In this document: piece after piece, positions 25,801 to 35,083 of the stretch
Layout of the letters: the number at the start of each line of letters is the position of its first letter
Position numbering within the stretch: the first letter of the stretch is position 1
IMG/VR virus record: IMGVR_UViG_3300045242_000078
Coordinates: 1 to 51,268 of that record
Length of the DNA stretch: 51,268 bases
Source of the DNA: a virus
Taxonomy: Duplodnaviria > Caudoviricetes
Reading direction: 5' to 3' (one strand)
The notes under the pieces: generated by a model
Database searches by the model: none
The model's input: the letters and a program-made list of their open reading frames with translations, nothing else
What the model was told of the DNA's origin: nothing
Made by a program: the position numbers and the translations under genes

Positions 25801-26094
25801 TCAAGACCCTGTGGTAAGCCGCGCGGCGAGCGCGTCGGCAACGGCTTGAGTTCTGCGCTGGATTTCTGGGCTGTTATGCGCAAGCCAGACTATCAACGCG
25901 TCAGACATTTTTAGCGCCAATGCAGGGTCCGCTTTTTTTATCGCCGTTCGCACAACTGCCGATCCGAGGTCGAACATTTCCGTATCTGTCAGCGTGCCGC
26001 GCTGGCGTTTGCAAATCAGCGTGTGCGCTTCGATGCAAAACCGGTCGAGCCATTCATCGCCCGGCTGATCCGGCAGAATGTGATCGTGGTCCAT
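25801..26094 (-). CDS. Hypothetical protein
   Basis: GGAGG SD; abuts upstream stop. Confidence 0.55.
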   Translation of the reverse strand: MDHDHILPDQPGDEWLDRFCIEAHTLICKRQRGTLTDTEMFDLGSAVVRTAIKKADPALALKMSDALIVWLAHNSPEIQRRTQAVADALAARLTTGS

Positions 26095-26274
26095 TTACCC
26101 TCCCGGCGTGAGTCTCGCGGCCAATTCATCCATCGCCCGGCGCAGCTCGTCGTGGGTCGCGCCCGGATGCTCGCGGATCCACTGCGCCCGCTCGCGCTCA
26201 AACCGGCGCATCCGCGCGATGCCGCGCATCACCGCGCTATGGTCCGGTCCTGGCTTTCTGCGGCTGACGATCAT
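26095..26274 (-). CDS. 59-aa hypothetical protein (MIVSRRKPG...LAARLTPGG)
   Basis: GAGGT SD; not in ORF track; C-terminus resembles that of the next gene (LAARLT). Confidence 0.5.
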   Translation of the reverse strand: MIVSRRKPGPDHSAVMRGIARMRRFERERAQWIREHPGATHDELRRAMDELAARLTPGG

Positions 26275-26475
26275 TGACCACCTCGGGCTGGGCGGCCCCG
26301 GCAGACGGATCGCCTAAACCGGGGCCTAGCTTCTCCGGCGCGGGATAGGATTACCGCGCGGTCGAGCGTTTAGTCGGCCCCAGACGGTACGCGAGCGCCG
26401 TTAAAACCGGGGCCTGGCCGGCTTGGGGAGGGAACGCCGCGCGCCGGTTGGGGCGCAGTTTAGCACTGCGGCTTG

Positions 26476-26769
26476 TTACTGGCCCCGTTGCATCCTGGCG
26501 ACGCACTCGCATATGGCCCGGTTCAGATTGATGTTATGCGTTGCAGCGTGCGCCGATTCGTAATCGCCTATGGCCTTGCATACGCACCATTCCGTATTTG
26601 CGCCAGACACTTCAAGCCGAAATTTCCGAATCAGCAGCATCGCTTGAGTGTCGTTCGTAACCGGATTCCACGGCGCGAATGTGCCCTTGTCGTATAGTTG
26701 GCCGTTGGACTCGCCAAGCGTGATGCCTACGGCTGCGGCACAAAGGCGCATCATTTCAACATCGGTCAC
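26476..26769 (-). CDS. NinX/DUF2591-like protein
   Basis: WNP..ND.QA..LI...L and ..RAIC motifs. Confidence 0.5.
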   Translation of the reverse strand: MTDVEMMRLCAAAVGITLGESNGQLYDKGTFAPWNPVTNDTQAMLLIRKFRLEVSGANTEWCVCKAIGDYESAHAATHNINLNRAICECVARMQRGQ

Positions 26770-27200
26770 GGCAGCAACTCAATGTCATCGGAAGCGTCCG
26801 CCTCGCCCGTGGTGCAGGTAAAGCACATGCCTGTCTCACCGTATTTCCAGATTGGTTCATCGCAATTTGTGCATTGGCCTTTTTGCTGTGCCACTTCCCG
26901 CCACATCGAAAGCGGGCGCTTATCGTTGTTGGCATCGCCCCATTTCTTTGCCTGCTCAGGCGTGATGTATCTGCCGAAATTATTCATTTCCATACGCCTT
27001 GGCAATAGCCGCCTTGAGCGCCTTGCATAGTGGATGCTTTGGCGCGAATCCTTGCCATTGGGCAAGCGATTGTTCGCAGGCGCACAAGAGCAATTGGTTC
27101 AATTCTTGTAACTGCTCTATGTTGGCTAATAAGTCCTCTATTGTCGGCGGTACGTCCTCTGTCTGATCATCAATCGACTGTGGTGCGATGTCAGCCATAT

Positions 27201-27341
27201 TTATCTCCCAATGCAGGCATAGCCTGTAAGCGTTTTCACATACACCCCGTTGCAGTCAATCCAGCCGGTAAGCGTGACCCAAATAACGACAGTAAAAACG
27301 ATTACAGCCATGGCGATCACGGCCCACTCGAAATATTTCAT
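27201..27341 (-). CDS. 46-aa membrane peptide
   Basis: ATGA-coupled; one TM followed by C.G.YV....GY.C. Confidence 0.45.
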   Translation of the reverse strand: MKYFEWAVIAMAVIVFTVVIWVTLTGWIDCNGVYVKTLTGYACIGR

Positions 27342-27529
27342 GCGCCATCTCCAAGCCGGAACAGGCGCCGCACGGCCTCAGGAGGCGTGCCGAGTAAATC
27401 GCGCTCTCGCGTGATTTGTTCTATTTCCTTCGCTTGGGCGCGGATATGCGCGGCTGCAAGCGCGGCGTCGCAGCCATCCCAATCGTCCTCATCTATGCTT
27501 TTAAGGAGAGCTTCGATTTCGGCTGTCAT
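27338..27529 (-). CDS. Hypothetical early protein
   Basis: Coupled ORF; paralogous to N-terminus of 33678-34145. Confidence 0.55.
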   Translation of the reverse strand: MTAEIEALLKSIDEDDWDGCDAALAAAHIRAQAKEIEQITRERDLLGTPPEAVRRLFRLGDGA

Positions 27530-28044
27530 GGCTTTTCCCTATTCATAGCTTTATCAATCTTCCTAGACAACCGACGTGCGTCTGGGTGACGGATACTCCA
27601 AAGGAATATGCGGGTTTCATCTGCCAAGTCCCTTGTAATTATTACCTCTGCCTGCTCTTTAGCTTCTCGTTCCGCTTTCAGTTTTCTCAGCAGTTGCTTG
27701 GCGCACTCAGGGCACCAATAGCTTTGCCCGCTTCTGTCAAGTTCGCCCTTGACTAATTCGCCGCCACAGTCTTCGCAAACGGGGCCGGAGGCGCACGGGG
27801 CGAGGGCGCGGATAGCCGTCGCGCAATTATTGCGCGCATTACATGTCACGTCGTAATCGCAAATTTTTGCGCATCGCTCAATTGTGTCCTGCACTGCGGT
27901 TGCAAGTTGGCGCTCAAGTTCGTCTCGCGCCCGCTCAAGCTCATCCAGTCGAGCGGCGGCATGTACCAGATACGCGGATATCATTAAACTTGGGCGATGA
28001 GCATATAAGCGCAAGCGATCCGCAAGCGTCACCACTTTATTCAT
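27526..28044 (-). CDS. Modular early protein with Zn ribbon
   Basis: ERCAKICD..CATAIRAL; CEDC...CPEC. Confidence 0.55.
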   Translation of the reverse strand: MNKVVTLADRLRLYAHRPSLMISAYLVHAAARLDELERARDELERQLATAVQDTIERCAKICDYDVTCNARNNCATAIRALAPCASGPVCEDCGGELVKGELDRSGQSYWCPECAKQLLRKLKAEREAKEQAEVIITRDLADETRIFLWSIRHPDARRLSRKIDKAMNREKP

Positions 28045-28232
28045 TTTGCGATCCAGCGCGACGGCTCGAAGTGGCAAGGATGCCGCGGCGATACGTAGGC
28101 CCACACGCGCTGGTAGCCGCAGTTGAGCCATCCCGCATCGTGCAGCACTCCGCTCGCATCGTCAGCCGGGCGGGCCATCGCGCAAGTGCCGCACCGCTCG
28201 GCGGGCAGTTCCGGCGTGGTCGTGCTGTTCAT
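28041..28232 (-). CDS. Small Cys-containing protein
   Basis: ATGA-coupled both sides; CGTC. Confidence 0.5.
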   Translation of the reverse strand: MNSTTTPELPAERCGTCAMARPADDASGVLHDAGWLNCGYQRVWAYVSPRHPCHFEPSRWIAK

Positions 28233-28414
28233 GCCGGTTTTGGTCCGCGCTTGTAGAGGTCCGGGTATTTTGCCCCCGGCGGAACCATCCAATCGCGCCC
28301 GAACTTGATTGCGCCCTTAATCCGCCCGTCCTGGCATAGACGCCGCACCCAGACGGCGGAGCAGCCCCATTGCGCGGCGGCTTGCGCCGCTGATTTCATC
28401 TTTTTAGTATCCAT
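28229..28414 (-). CDS. Excisionase/MerR-like HTH_17 DNA-binding regulator
   Basis: AAAQWGCS..WVRRLC..GRI.GA.K.GR.W.VP. Confidence 0.8.
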   Translation of the reverse strand: MDTKKMKSAAQAAAQWGCSAVWVRRLCQDGRIKGAIKFGRDWMVPPGAKYPDLYKRGPKPA

Positions 28415-28514
28415 GCGCTGCAATATAGTACTATGTGCGCAACGGCGCAATTTATTTTCAAAAACTTGATCTAGGTCAAGGAAATTGAATAGCGCACGCG
28501 ATACTGTTCAGTCA
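28415..28514. promoter_or_regulatory. Divergent early control region: leftward TTGCGC-17-TATATT; rightward -10 TACTGT with FNR-like box TTGAT-CTAG-GTCAA (28466-28479)
   Basis: Strand switch point; hexamer spacing read directly. Confidence 0.6.
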
Positions 28515-28548
28515 TACCGCAATTGAGCGGGAAACCAAGGGGCGAATC

Positions 28549-28740
28549 ATGAAACAGTATGAGTTCCAACTCAGGCAGTCAGAAGGTCGGCGCGATTACG
28601 TGCTTTGCACAGCGCAGAATGCAGAAAAAGCGCGCAATGCCGTGGTTGACGCTTATGCGCCGCAATTCGCCATATCCGACAACCCGACGCGCGAATGGCC
28701 GGCCCACCATTTTTACGGCGAGATTGACGCTACCGCATAA
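28549..28740 (+). CDS. Hypothetical early protein
   Basis: First ORF of plus operon; AAGGGG SD. Confidence 0.6.
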   Translation: MKQYEFQLRQSEGRRDYVLCTAQNAEKARNAVVDAYAPQFAISDNPTREWPAHHFYGEIDATA

Positions 28741-29120
28741 CGTTTCTAGTTTTCATCCTCGGCCAGCTTGCGGGCTGGCCCGGAATGGGAACTTGCGCTG
28801 CGTTGTGGCGCGAAACGGGAGAAACGGAAATGATCGAAGCCAACATTATCAATGAACAATTCGCGCAAACCCTGGCGGCACGCACAGACGAGCGTTGCGG
28901 ATTTTGCTATCCGCGCGAACACGGCAAGAACGGCGAAGTCAGACGCGAATGGTCGCCGACATGGAATATGTTTATCAACTTCTGCCGCAAGCATTCGCCG
29001 GAACAGGAATGCAAATCAAGATATACGATCCAGCAAAAACGCGCCATTCAAGAGGAAATGCGAATTGTTGAAGCAAACAAAAAGTAAGGCGATGGAATTT
29101 TAACGCGAGAAAAGGGAATC

Positions 29121-29429
29121 ATGAGCGCACGCGGCATCCTTGATCTGGTAATCGAATACGGGCGAAGCGAGTCCACGGAAGACCGCTTCGCCCTGTTTGA
29201 GGCGATTAAGGCAGGCGTCGAAAAGATGGAACGCGAACACGCCGAGATGCATTCTGCTTTAGCTGCCGCCGTCCCCATTATCAAGGCTTGGCACAACTTC
29301 GGAGTAGAGGACGGCTCCGAGCTTGACGTGTGGCAGATTTACTACGACAACGCGCCGGAAATGAGGCCAATACGCGAGGCTCTTTTTATGACGCCGCATG
29401 ATACTCTTGCAGAGAGGACGGGAAAATGA
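29121..29429 (+). CDS. Hypothetical early protein
   Basis: SD; coupled to next ORF. Confidence 0.55.
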   Translation: MSARGILDLVIEYGRSESTEDRFALFEAIKAGVEKMEREHAEMHSALAAAVPIIKAWHNFGVEDGSELDVWQIYYDNAPEMRPIREALFMTPHDTLAERTGK

Positions 29430-29614
29430 CTGAGCACGATGTAGTCCCGGTGCTAGCGTCCGAGCTTGCCGCGCTGCGCCGGGATGCAGGCCGGTATCGT
29501 TGGTGGCGGCAATTCTGGGTTAGCGACTGCCCTACCATGGGATCGTTGACGGATGCAGAAACCGTTGAAGACGTTGACGCCGCAATCGACGCGGCAATGC
29601 AGGCGAACAAGTAA
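29426..29614 (+). CDS. Hypothetical early protein
   Basis: RRDAGRYRW..DAAIDAAM phage motif. Confidence 0.6.
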   Translation: MTEHDVVPVLASELAALRRDAGRYRWWRQFWVSDCPTMGSLTDAETVEDVDAAIDAAMQANK

Positions 29615-29633
29615 AACCGCAGGGAGGATAGCC

Positions 29634-29861
29634 ATGAGCAGAACTAGATTTGAAGCGGCGCGCGAAAAGCGCAACGCAGTTAAAGCGGGCGAAGCTGCGG
29701 GGGAGATCGCGGATAGCATGGATGTCCGCATGGCACTGATGGCGCGGGTTGATGCAGGCGAGATTACACTTGAGCAAGCGCAAGCTGAATTGAAAAAGAT
29801 CAAGCGCGGCGCAAAAGCGGCAGGAAAACTCACGCGAGCGCAGGCGTTTTCAAGAGGATGA
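29634..29861 (+). CDS. Hypothetical protein flanked by 14-bp direct repeat
   Basis: GGAGG SD; ACCGCAGGGAGGAT at 29616 and 29861. Confidence 0.65.
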   Translation: MSRTRFEAAREKRNAVKAGEAAGEIADSMDVRMALMARVDAGEITLEQAQAELKKIKRGAKAAGKLTRAQAFSRG

Positions 29862-31007
29862 CCGCAGGGAGGATTTTTAGGAGGCTGCCATGCAATTTCG
29901 ATTGAGATTGGTAAAACCGACTGACCGCGCGCCGGATAAGCCGCTCGCCAAGTTGTCGCTGGAGGAAAAGCGGCTGCGCGCGATTCAGTACCTCAAGGCG
30001 CGCAATCTCTGGGTGCTACAGAAGGGATCGATGGCGCCGAGGTGGAAGGCATGAAAATCGTAGTCGCCAAGTGCATTGGTTGCGGCACAACCAGAGAAAT
30101 TCGTGCGGGCGAGATTGCGCCTGACGATCATCCGATGTGCGAACTTTGCTACATGCCGATGGTTGCCTGGAAGGGGAAGGTGGAGCACGACCCGCCCGGC
30201 GACGAATGGGAAGAGCGGCGCATTAGGGAGGGTGAGAAATGAATCAAGATGACATTAGAGAAGCATCCGACGCAGCGCTTGCAAAGGATCGGGAAAGACT
30301 CCCACAAATGCCGGCTAACGAAACACTGGACGATTTATACAGACTAGGTTTTGCGCGTGGAGTGGGCTGGATCGTAAAGCTGGATAACTTGGATACCGAC
30401 TATCACGACGACAAACCGCCGGAACTTGCCGACCGGCACGTGACAACCAGCGCGGGCGATCTGGACCTGGCCGGAAGGCCGTTGAAGCAAGGCAGTTAGA
30501 AATGGACTGGGAAAAGTGGCCGTTAAACGCATATGTCGATTGGGAGACAAAGACGGTGCGTTTTATGGTGCCGGACGGAAGCGGCATGTACGTCGGCAGC
30601 TTGGATGCCGGATGGAAACACGCTAACAAACTGCAAGACGAAAACGCTGGCTTGCGTGTCGAACGCGATGTCCTACGCGCCGACATCGCCTGTTTAGTCA
30701 GAGCGCTCCGGCCAATCACCAATGATCCAGCCATACCGCTTTTGTTCGACCGCCAACTATCGCCGTTCACGCTGATGGAGTTGACGAAGTAGGAATTTCA
30801 ACGAAGGAGGGAGAAACGAATGTTCCGTATCACGGTTACCGAGTGCAACCCGCTGGCCGATCCGGGCGCCCCGCCGGTAGAGATAGAAGTGTTCCGCCAG
30901 AGCGTAGAAGCGCTGGACCTGCGCTCCGTGATCGAGGCGATCAACAGGCGTCCCAGGAAGCCGCGCGAGGCCCGCGCGCCGACGAACGCGCCGAAGAAGG
31001 AAAAGCC

Positions 31008-31793
31008 GTGAGCGACGAAACCACGCTGGTCGTTCCGTACTCCCGCGCCGAGGACCGCGTGCCGGCGGTTGCGCAGTCCGAGCAATCCTTGCTGCAAGCG
31101 ATCGTGCGCGCGGCGGCGGACCCTGCGACGGACCTGAGCAAGATCGAGCGCCTTTACGCCCTGCACGAGCGCATGGTGAAAAACGACGCGGAGACGGCCT
31201 TCAATGCTGCCCTGGCTCGCGCCCAGGCGCTTATGCCGACCGTGGCCCGCAAGGCGTCGAATACGCAGACAAACAGCAAGTACGCCAAGCTGGAGGCCAT
31301 TGTCGAGGCCATTTCCCCGATCTACACAGCGGAGGGATTTGCCTTGAGCTTCGACACGGCGGAAGCGCCCAAGGCCGGGGATATTCGCATTGTCTCAATT
31401 CTGTCCCACGCCGCCGGCCACAGCCGGCAGTATCACATCGATATGCCGCCAGATGAGGCCGGGATCAAAGGCAACGTCAACAAGACGCGCCTGCACGCGA
31501 CCGGCAGCACGAATAGCTATGCGCGGCGCTACCTGATCTGCATGATCTTCAACGTTGCCACGATGGACGATAACGACGGCAACCGCGACAAGAAAGTGAT
31601 GCCGGATAAAGCATTGGCCGACTGGCTCGCCGCGGTGGAAATGGCGGAGTCGATGGACCAGATCGAGGCGGTATGGATTCAGATTCTCGCAGCCTCGAAA
31701 GATGCAGGTGACATTGAGGCGCACGAGACCATGCGAGCGGCCGTACTGAAACGGAGGAAGGAAATCAAAGCCAAGGGGGAGACGAAAACATGA
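31008..31793 (+). CDS. ERF-family ssDNA annealing protein
   Basis: AFNAALA.AQ, KYAKLE.I, GST.SYARRY motifs; GTGA start. Confidence 0.85.
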   Translation: MSDETTLVVPYSRAEDRVPAVAQSEQSLLQAIVRAAADPATDLSKIERLYALHERMVKNDAETAFNAALARAQALMPTVARKASNTQTNSKYAKLEAIVEAISPIYTAEGFALSFDTAEAPKAGDIRIVSILSHAAGHSRQYHIDMPPDEAGIKGNVNKTRLHATGSTNSYARRYLICMIFNVATMDDNDGNRDKKVMPDKALADWLAAVEMAESMDQIEAVWIQILAASKDAGDIEAHETMRAAVLKRRKEIKAKGETKT

Positions 31794-32659
31794 ACCAGCA
31801 AGAGGTGGTTGCCTACAGCCCCGTCAAGGCCGCGCTGGCCGATCTTGAGCACAAGTACAAGGCCGTAGTATTCGACGTGTCCACGCCTGCGGGCATGAGC
31901 ACGGCAAAAGCCGCCTACAAGGACATCAATGCATACAGCATCATGCTCGAAGCCGCGAGGGTGAAGGAAAAGGCGGACAGCCTCGCTTACGGCCGGTTTG
32001 TGGACAGCGAGGCCAAGCGCATTGCCGATCAATTGGACGCGCTGCGCCTGCCGATCAAAAACCAGATTGATGAGGTAGCCAAGGCCGAGCAACGCGCCCG
32101 CGAAGCCGCAATCAAGGAAGCGCAGGACCGCATCACCGCCGAGCACGAAGCGGCGAAGGCGGCAGAAGAACGGCGCATGGCGGAAGCCCGCGCCGAGATT
32201 GCGCGCCAGCAGGCGGAAATCGCCCGCGCGCAGCGGGAAGCCGAGGAAGCGGCCAGGGCGTCGCGTGCCAGGATCGAGGCAGATGAAAGGGCAGCCCGCC
32301 AAGCACGCGAGGAAGCCGACCGCGCGGCGCGCCGCGAACGCGAGGAAGCGGAAGCCGCAGCCAAGAGGATCAGGGATGCCGAGGAAGCACGCCTCAAGGC
32401 TGAGCGCGACCGGATCGACGCCGAGGCACGCGCGCTGGCCGAGGCCAAACGCGCGGAACAGCAGCGGATTGACGACGAAGCCCGCAGGGCTCTACTGAAA
32501 GCCGAAGAAGCGATGCGAGAAGCAGCGCGCAAGAAGATGTTTGCAGAGGCCACGGAGGAAATGATTACGACACTGCGATTCAGGATTTCTGACTCCGACG
32601 CTCATGCCGGCATCGCGGCGGCGATAGACGAATACCTTGCCCAAAAGGTGCCGGCATGA
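31790..32659 (+). CDS. Coiled-coil protein in recombination cluster
   Basis: E/A/R-rich heptads; coupled to ERF and exonuclease. Confidence 0.7.
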   Translation: MNQQEVVAYSPVKAALADLEHKYKAVVFDVSTPAGMSTAKAAYKDINAYSIMLEAARVKEKADSLAYGRFVDSEAKRIADQLDALRLPIKNQIDEVAKAEQRAREAAIKEAQDRITAEHEAAKAAEERRMAEARAEIARQQAEIARAQREAEEAARASRARIEADERAARQAREEADRAARREREEAEAAAKRIRDAEEARLKAERDRIDAEARALAEAKRAEQQRIDDEARRALLKAEEAMREAARKKMFAEATEEMITTLRFRISDSDAHAGIAAAIDEYLAQKVPA

Positions 32660-33303
32660 GCGACAGCTTCGATAAATTCCTTGAGCAGGGCGAACAGCGC
32701 TCGCCTGAGTGGCTGGCTGCGCGCGTAGGATTTACCAGCGCGTCACGTTTCCGCGATGTAGTGGACAAACTGAAATCCGGCAAACCCGGCGCAAAGCGCG
32801 AAGCTTATCTTTGGGAAAAAGTAATTGAACGTTTAACGGGCCAGCCTGCAACGCATTATGAATCTGTGGCTATGCAATGGGGCGTAGAGAACGAAGCGGA
32901 AGCGCGTCAGCAATACGAAGCGCATACCGGCGCACTGGTTGAGGAAACCGGCTTTATCCATCATCCGTCGCTTGAATGGGTAGGCGGATCGCCAGATGGA
33001 AAGATTGATTCAGGCGGCGTAGTGGAAATAAAAAATCCGTTCAACAGCGCGAATCACCTGCAATGCTTCCTTACTGGCTTTCCCGAGGAACACCGCGCGC
33101 AAACGCAAGGACTACTCTGGCTGATGAATAGGCAGTGGGTTGATTGCGTGTCATACGATCGCCGACTGCCAGCGCCATTGAATCTCTACATTGAGCGGCA
33201 GCAACGCGATGACGATTACTGCGTCATGCTCGCCGCAGAAATCACGGTGTTTAACGCCGAGGTTGCCGCGCTGGTCGAAAAGCTGCGGGCGATACGTTCG
33301 TGA
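32656..33303 (+). CDS. YqaJ/lambda-exonuclease family nuclease
   Basis: QRSPEWL..R.G..SAS, MQWG.E.E..AR..YE, GGSPDG, EIK. Confidence 0.9.
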   Translation: MSDSFDKFLEQGEQRSPEWLAARVGFTSASRFRDVVDKLKSGKPGAKREAYLWEKVIERLTGQPATHYESVAMQWGVENEAEARQQYEAHTGALVEETGFIHHPSLEWVGGSPDGKIDSGGVVEIKNPFNSANHLQCFLTGFPEEHRAQTQGLLWLMNRQWVDCVSYDRRLPAPLNLYIERQQRDDDYCVMLAAEITVFNAEVAALVEKLRAIRS

Positions 33304-33677
33304 CGGCGAAGGCAGCGGCGAAGTGAAGCCTGAAACGATCAGGGCCATCCGGATAGCAATCTCAATATGGTGCGCTATTTTTATGATACTTAATTTCTTG
33401 ATATACGCATCGACGAAAGAACCGGCCGCAGTAAGCCTCGCCGTGGGTCTACTGTGCGGATTCTGCATGTTGCTCACTAAGCCATGACCCGGCGCAAAGC
33501 CGGAATCGAGGACAAGGGCGAATGGTTCGCCGTGCGCCGTGCGAATGGCCGACTCAGCGGTCGAATGTTCCGCTGCCCGCTGCGCGCGGCTGAACACGCC
33601 ATGCGCGGATACGGCGTCGCGTGGTGGCCGGAATTGGTTCGCCGAGGCATACACATTGTTGCTGTGAGGGAGGATAA

Positions 33678-34145
33678 ATGAGCGCCGAAGTCGAAGCCCT
33701 GCTCGCACAAATGGATTGCTTAGACCAACCTGACGTTAAATGGTCTTTGCAGCACTATAGAAATAGTATCAAAGATGCTGCTGAGTTGATCCGCGCCCAG
33801 GCCGAGGAAATCGCCAGACTGCGCGAACGAGTAAGCACAGCAGAATCGCAAAAAGAGTATCTGCGAGAGCAAATCGCGGCTGCGGCGCGACAGGAGCCTA
33901 TCGGGTGGATTTCGGACGACGATATGCAATTCCTGAAACGCGACGGCGAATGCACTGTTTACCAAGAGCGCCAGGATATTGTGTTTTCGTCTCCGCAAAC
34001 ACAAACGCCCGTCTACGCCGCGCCCGTCCCTGCTGGCGATGCGGGCAGCGTTATCAACGTCAAGGATTTCGGCGCTACAGGTGACGGTATCACAGACGAT
34101 ACTACTGCTATTCAGCGCACGCTAGATTCAACGAGATCGAAATGA
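33678..34145 (+). CDS. Modular early protein ending in a tailspike-like NVKDFGA.GDG.TDDT.AIQ motif
   Basis: GGAGG SD; motif read directly. Confidence 0.7.
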   Translation: MSAEVEALLAQMDCLDQPDVKWSLQHYRNSIKDAAELIRAQAEEIARLRERVSTAESQKEYLREQIAAAARQEPIGWISDDDMQFLKRDGECTVYQERQDIVFSSPQTQTPVYAAPVPAGDAGSVINVKDFGATGDGITDDTTAIQRTLDSTRSK

Positions 34146-34882
34146 GCGCAGAGCCGAATGGCGAGTTTCAGCGCGTGCCTAATGCGCTACTGGAGCAGGC
34201 AAACGCCAGGATTGACGAGCTTGAGCACCAGCTTGCGACTGTGGCGCAGGCGGAGCGAGAGCGGTGCATAGCAGTGATCGAGGCCACGCCACTAAGTTTC
34301 CCTATGCACAAATATCCATCGCCAGAAGAACGGCATTTGATGGCTGTTGTTGAAGCTGGATGCAGGGGCACTTTTGTAGGCGCAATCAGACCTCTTGCCC
34401 CACTCGCTGGTGAAGAACCGGAGGCGGCGCAGTCACCGGGTAGCGAATCAGCTACACGCAATTCTGATGTGGTGCCGAGCCATGAGCCTGCACCTGCCTC
34501 CGACCACGACAATCCGCCTTTCCCTAATTGCGGATACACGACTTGCGATCTCCCTGGGCAGTGCATCAAAGAGGGCAAGTGTCACCATCCTACAATACAC
34601 GTGCCGTGGAAAAATCCTGCGCTCATGCTTACCACCGGCGGCGTTTGCTCGAAATGCGGATTCACCTATTGGGAACATCGCGGCCATATCATCGCCTGCC
34701 CGGTCTGTGAGAACGAGAGACTGCGCGCCGTCGCCGAGGCGGCCTGCAAGGCCATAGACGGCCTGTTGGAAGCGAGCGCACCGCGCGACGGCGGCATCAT
34801 GAGATTTTGTGCTGCTAAAGCAGATGCGCTGAAAGCTGTTGCTGCTGTGAGCGCGCTGGAGCGGGGCGAGGTGAAGTCGTGA
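34142..34882 (+). CDS. Modular early protein with Cys clusters
   Basis: ATGA-coupled; shares modules with 27526-28044. Confidence 0.55.
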   Translation: MSAEPNGEFQRVPNALLEQANARIDELEHQLATVAQAERERCIAVIEATPLSFPMHKYPSPEERHLMAVVEAGCRGTFVGAIRPLAPLAGEEPEAAQSPGSESATRNSDVVPSHEPAPASDHDNPPFPNCGYTTCDLPGQCIKEGKCHHPTIHVPWKNPALMLTTGGVCSKCGFTYWEHRGHIIACPVCENERLRAVAEAACKAIDGLLEASAPRDGGIMRFCAAKADALKAVAAVSALERGEVKS

Positions 34883-35079
34883 GCGACCCGATGAAAGAGC
34901 TTGTGAGCGACGAAGAATTGCGCAGAATCGACAAGGCGGGATGGATACCCGGCATTGGCGTAATTGTCAGAATGGCCCGCGAACTACTCTCCCGGCGCCG
35001 TGGAGAATGGATTTGCAAATCGTGCGGCCTGAAACAGGATCCGGCGCAGCAGGATTCTGACGGGGGAATACCGTGGTGA
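34879..35079 (+). CDS. Small Zn-ribbon protein
   Basis: MARELL..RRGEWIC..CG. Confidence 0.55.
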   Translation: MSDPMKELVSDEELRRIDKAGWIPGIGVIVRMARELLSRRRGEWICKSCGLKQDPAQQDSDGGIPW

Positions 35080-35083
35080 GCGG

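Noticed and set aside
28229-28414. Integration module (excisionase plus integrase) or CI repressor
   Set aside because: No tyrosine/serine recombinase or S24-peptidase repressor ORF is recognisable anywhere in the genome unit.
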